The position numbers were made by a program, and so were the translations under genes. Positions 62,827 to 64,000 of a stretch of DNA of 64,000 nt are shown piece after piece. The stretch is taken from contig OZ024740.1 in assembly GCA_964016885.1 (NCBI GenBank), positions 10,478,001 to 10,542,000 of the forward strand, in the 5' to 3' direction. Below the pieces are notes generated by a model. The model had not been told where the DNA came from and did not search any database. It was given only the letters and a program-made list of their open reading frames with translations. Every line of letters begins with the position of its first letter. The first letter of the stretch is position 1. Source of the DNA: Eledone cirrhosa. Its lineage: Eukaryota.

Positions 62827-64000
62827 CTAACAGCGCTGCGATCGAATGTGGCTTTTTAGCCCAGTCTATGATCTAAAATGTCTTGCACAGAGTCGGCAAC
62901 CAAAACATTTACTGGGAATAGTCGGCTGTGGTTGGAGTTCGTGTACTTTTGCATGTCGCTTGAGCCCTCCTGCTGATTTATATTCTCTACCACATGTTTG
63001 GCAAGCATGATGTGTAGCATCTCCAACAGCAGCCTGGTAGTCAACCACTGGTCTTACTTTATGACTGCGAAGATGACTTTCGAATCCAGCTTTGCTTAGG
63101 CAGAGTCTCGCACATACGCTGCATGTCAGCACCATAGGAGGACCCTCGCCGTCTGGAAGTACAACAGCAATGCCCTTCCTCACATCCCGCTTTACTTTCT
63201 CGTATGCGATTCGAGATGCCCCAAAGGCAACTTTTTCCTCATATACAGTCTTTCTCCATTTATTACGACCAGCAGCAATATTCTCCCATGTATCAGCAGA
63301 GATGTTAGCGTCTTTCAGAGAGGCTTTCAAGGAATCCTTATACCTCCTTTTTGGTTTATGTGGCGGTCGTTTTCCTTTAACCAACTCTCCATAAAAGAGT
63401 TGTTTTGGTATTCTATAATCCTTCATCCTGGCAAGGTGACCACTCCAACGGAGTCGTTGCTTAAGAACAAGAGCTTCTATACTGTCACACATAGAGCTTT
63501 CCAAAATCTCGACATCACTGATGTGCTCCCTCCAGTGAACGCCATGGATCCGTCTGAGACACATCTGATGGAAACGCTCCAATTGCTTAAGGTGGTGTCG
63601 ATATGTGACCCAGGTCTCGCAGGCATAAAGAAGACAAGAGAGCACACATGCCCTGTACACCTTTACCTTTGTCCTCCTGCATATGTCTCGCCGACCCCTG
63701 AGTCGCCTTTCTAGCTTTCCGAAAGCATCACTTGCTTTCCTAATCCTAAGTGAGATTTCACTGTCAAGGTTGCCGTATCGATTGACAGTGCTTCCCAGGT
63801 AGACAAACTGATCAACCACTCCAAGTCGTTTGCCATACACATAGATGTTTGGTTCAGTGTACTGCTTACCAGGGGCACGTTGGTACATGACGACGGTTTT
63901 CTTGAGACTGACAGTCAGACCTAGGGCAGTGCAAGCGTCAGAAAATGCATTCAAAATGTGCTGCATATCACTCTCTGTGTGCGCTACAAGATCGCAATCA
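62827..64000 (-). mobile_element. RTE-clade LINE, RT C-terminal part with C2H2 zinc fingers; runs off the window
   Basis: (D)DCDLVAHT..MQ..GLTVSLKKT, FVYLGS, LLYACETW, RLRWSGHLARM..RIPKQLFYGEL..GKR..RYKD, followed by CxxC..H..H motifs. Confidence 0.93.

Overview
AT-rich, microsatellite-laden animal genomic DNA. The tRNA-derived SINE families and (TA)n/(CA)n density point to a cephalopod (Octopus-like) genome, which is an inference. The one clear host gene is ketohexokinase (KHK, PfkB family) on the + strand. It has 8 coding exons from 11521 to 47112 that splice in frame into a 319-aa protein, and its ~22-kb first coding intron holds two large satellites. The rest is mobile and repetitive DNA: two Penelope-like retroelements (RT and/or GIY-YIG), about a dozen hammerhead-ribozyme-like folds near (TA)n tracts, many SINEs, fragments of RTE, CR1/L2-group, CRE and L1/Tx1 LINEs, a MITE family, and four satellites (22, 24/26, 30 and 45 bp units). 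Three of the satellites can be traced to the dispersed repeat they appear to have grown from. The clearest case is a 6.5-kb array of the Pol III A-box head of a SINE. The very long ORFs in the ORF track are satellite artefacts. Boundaries of degenerate repeats are approximate, and RNA folds were read by eye.
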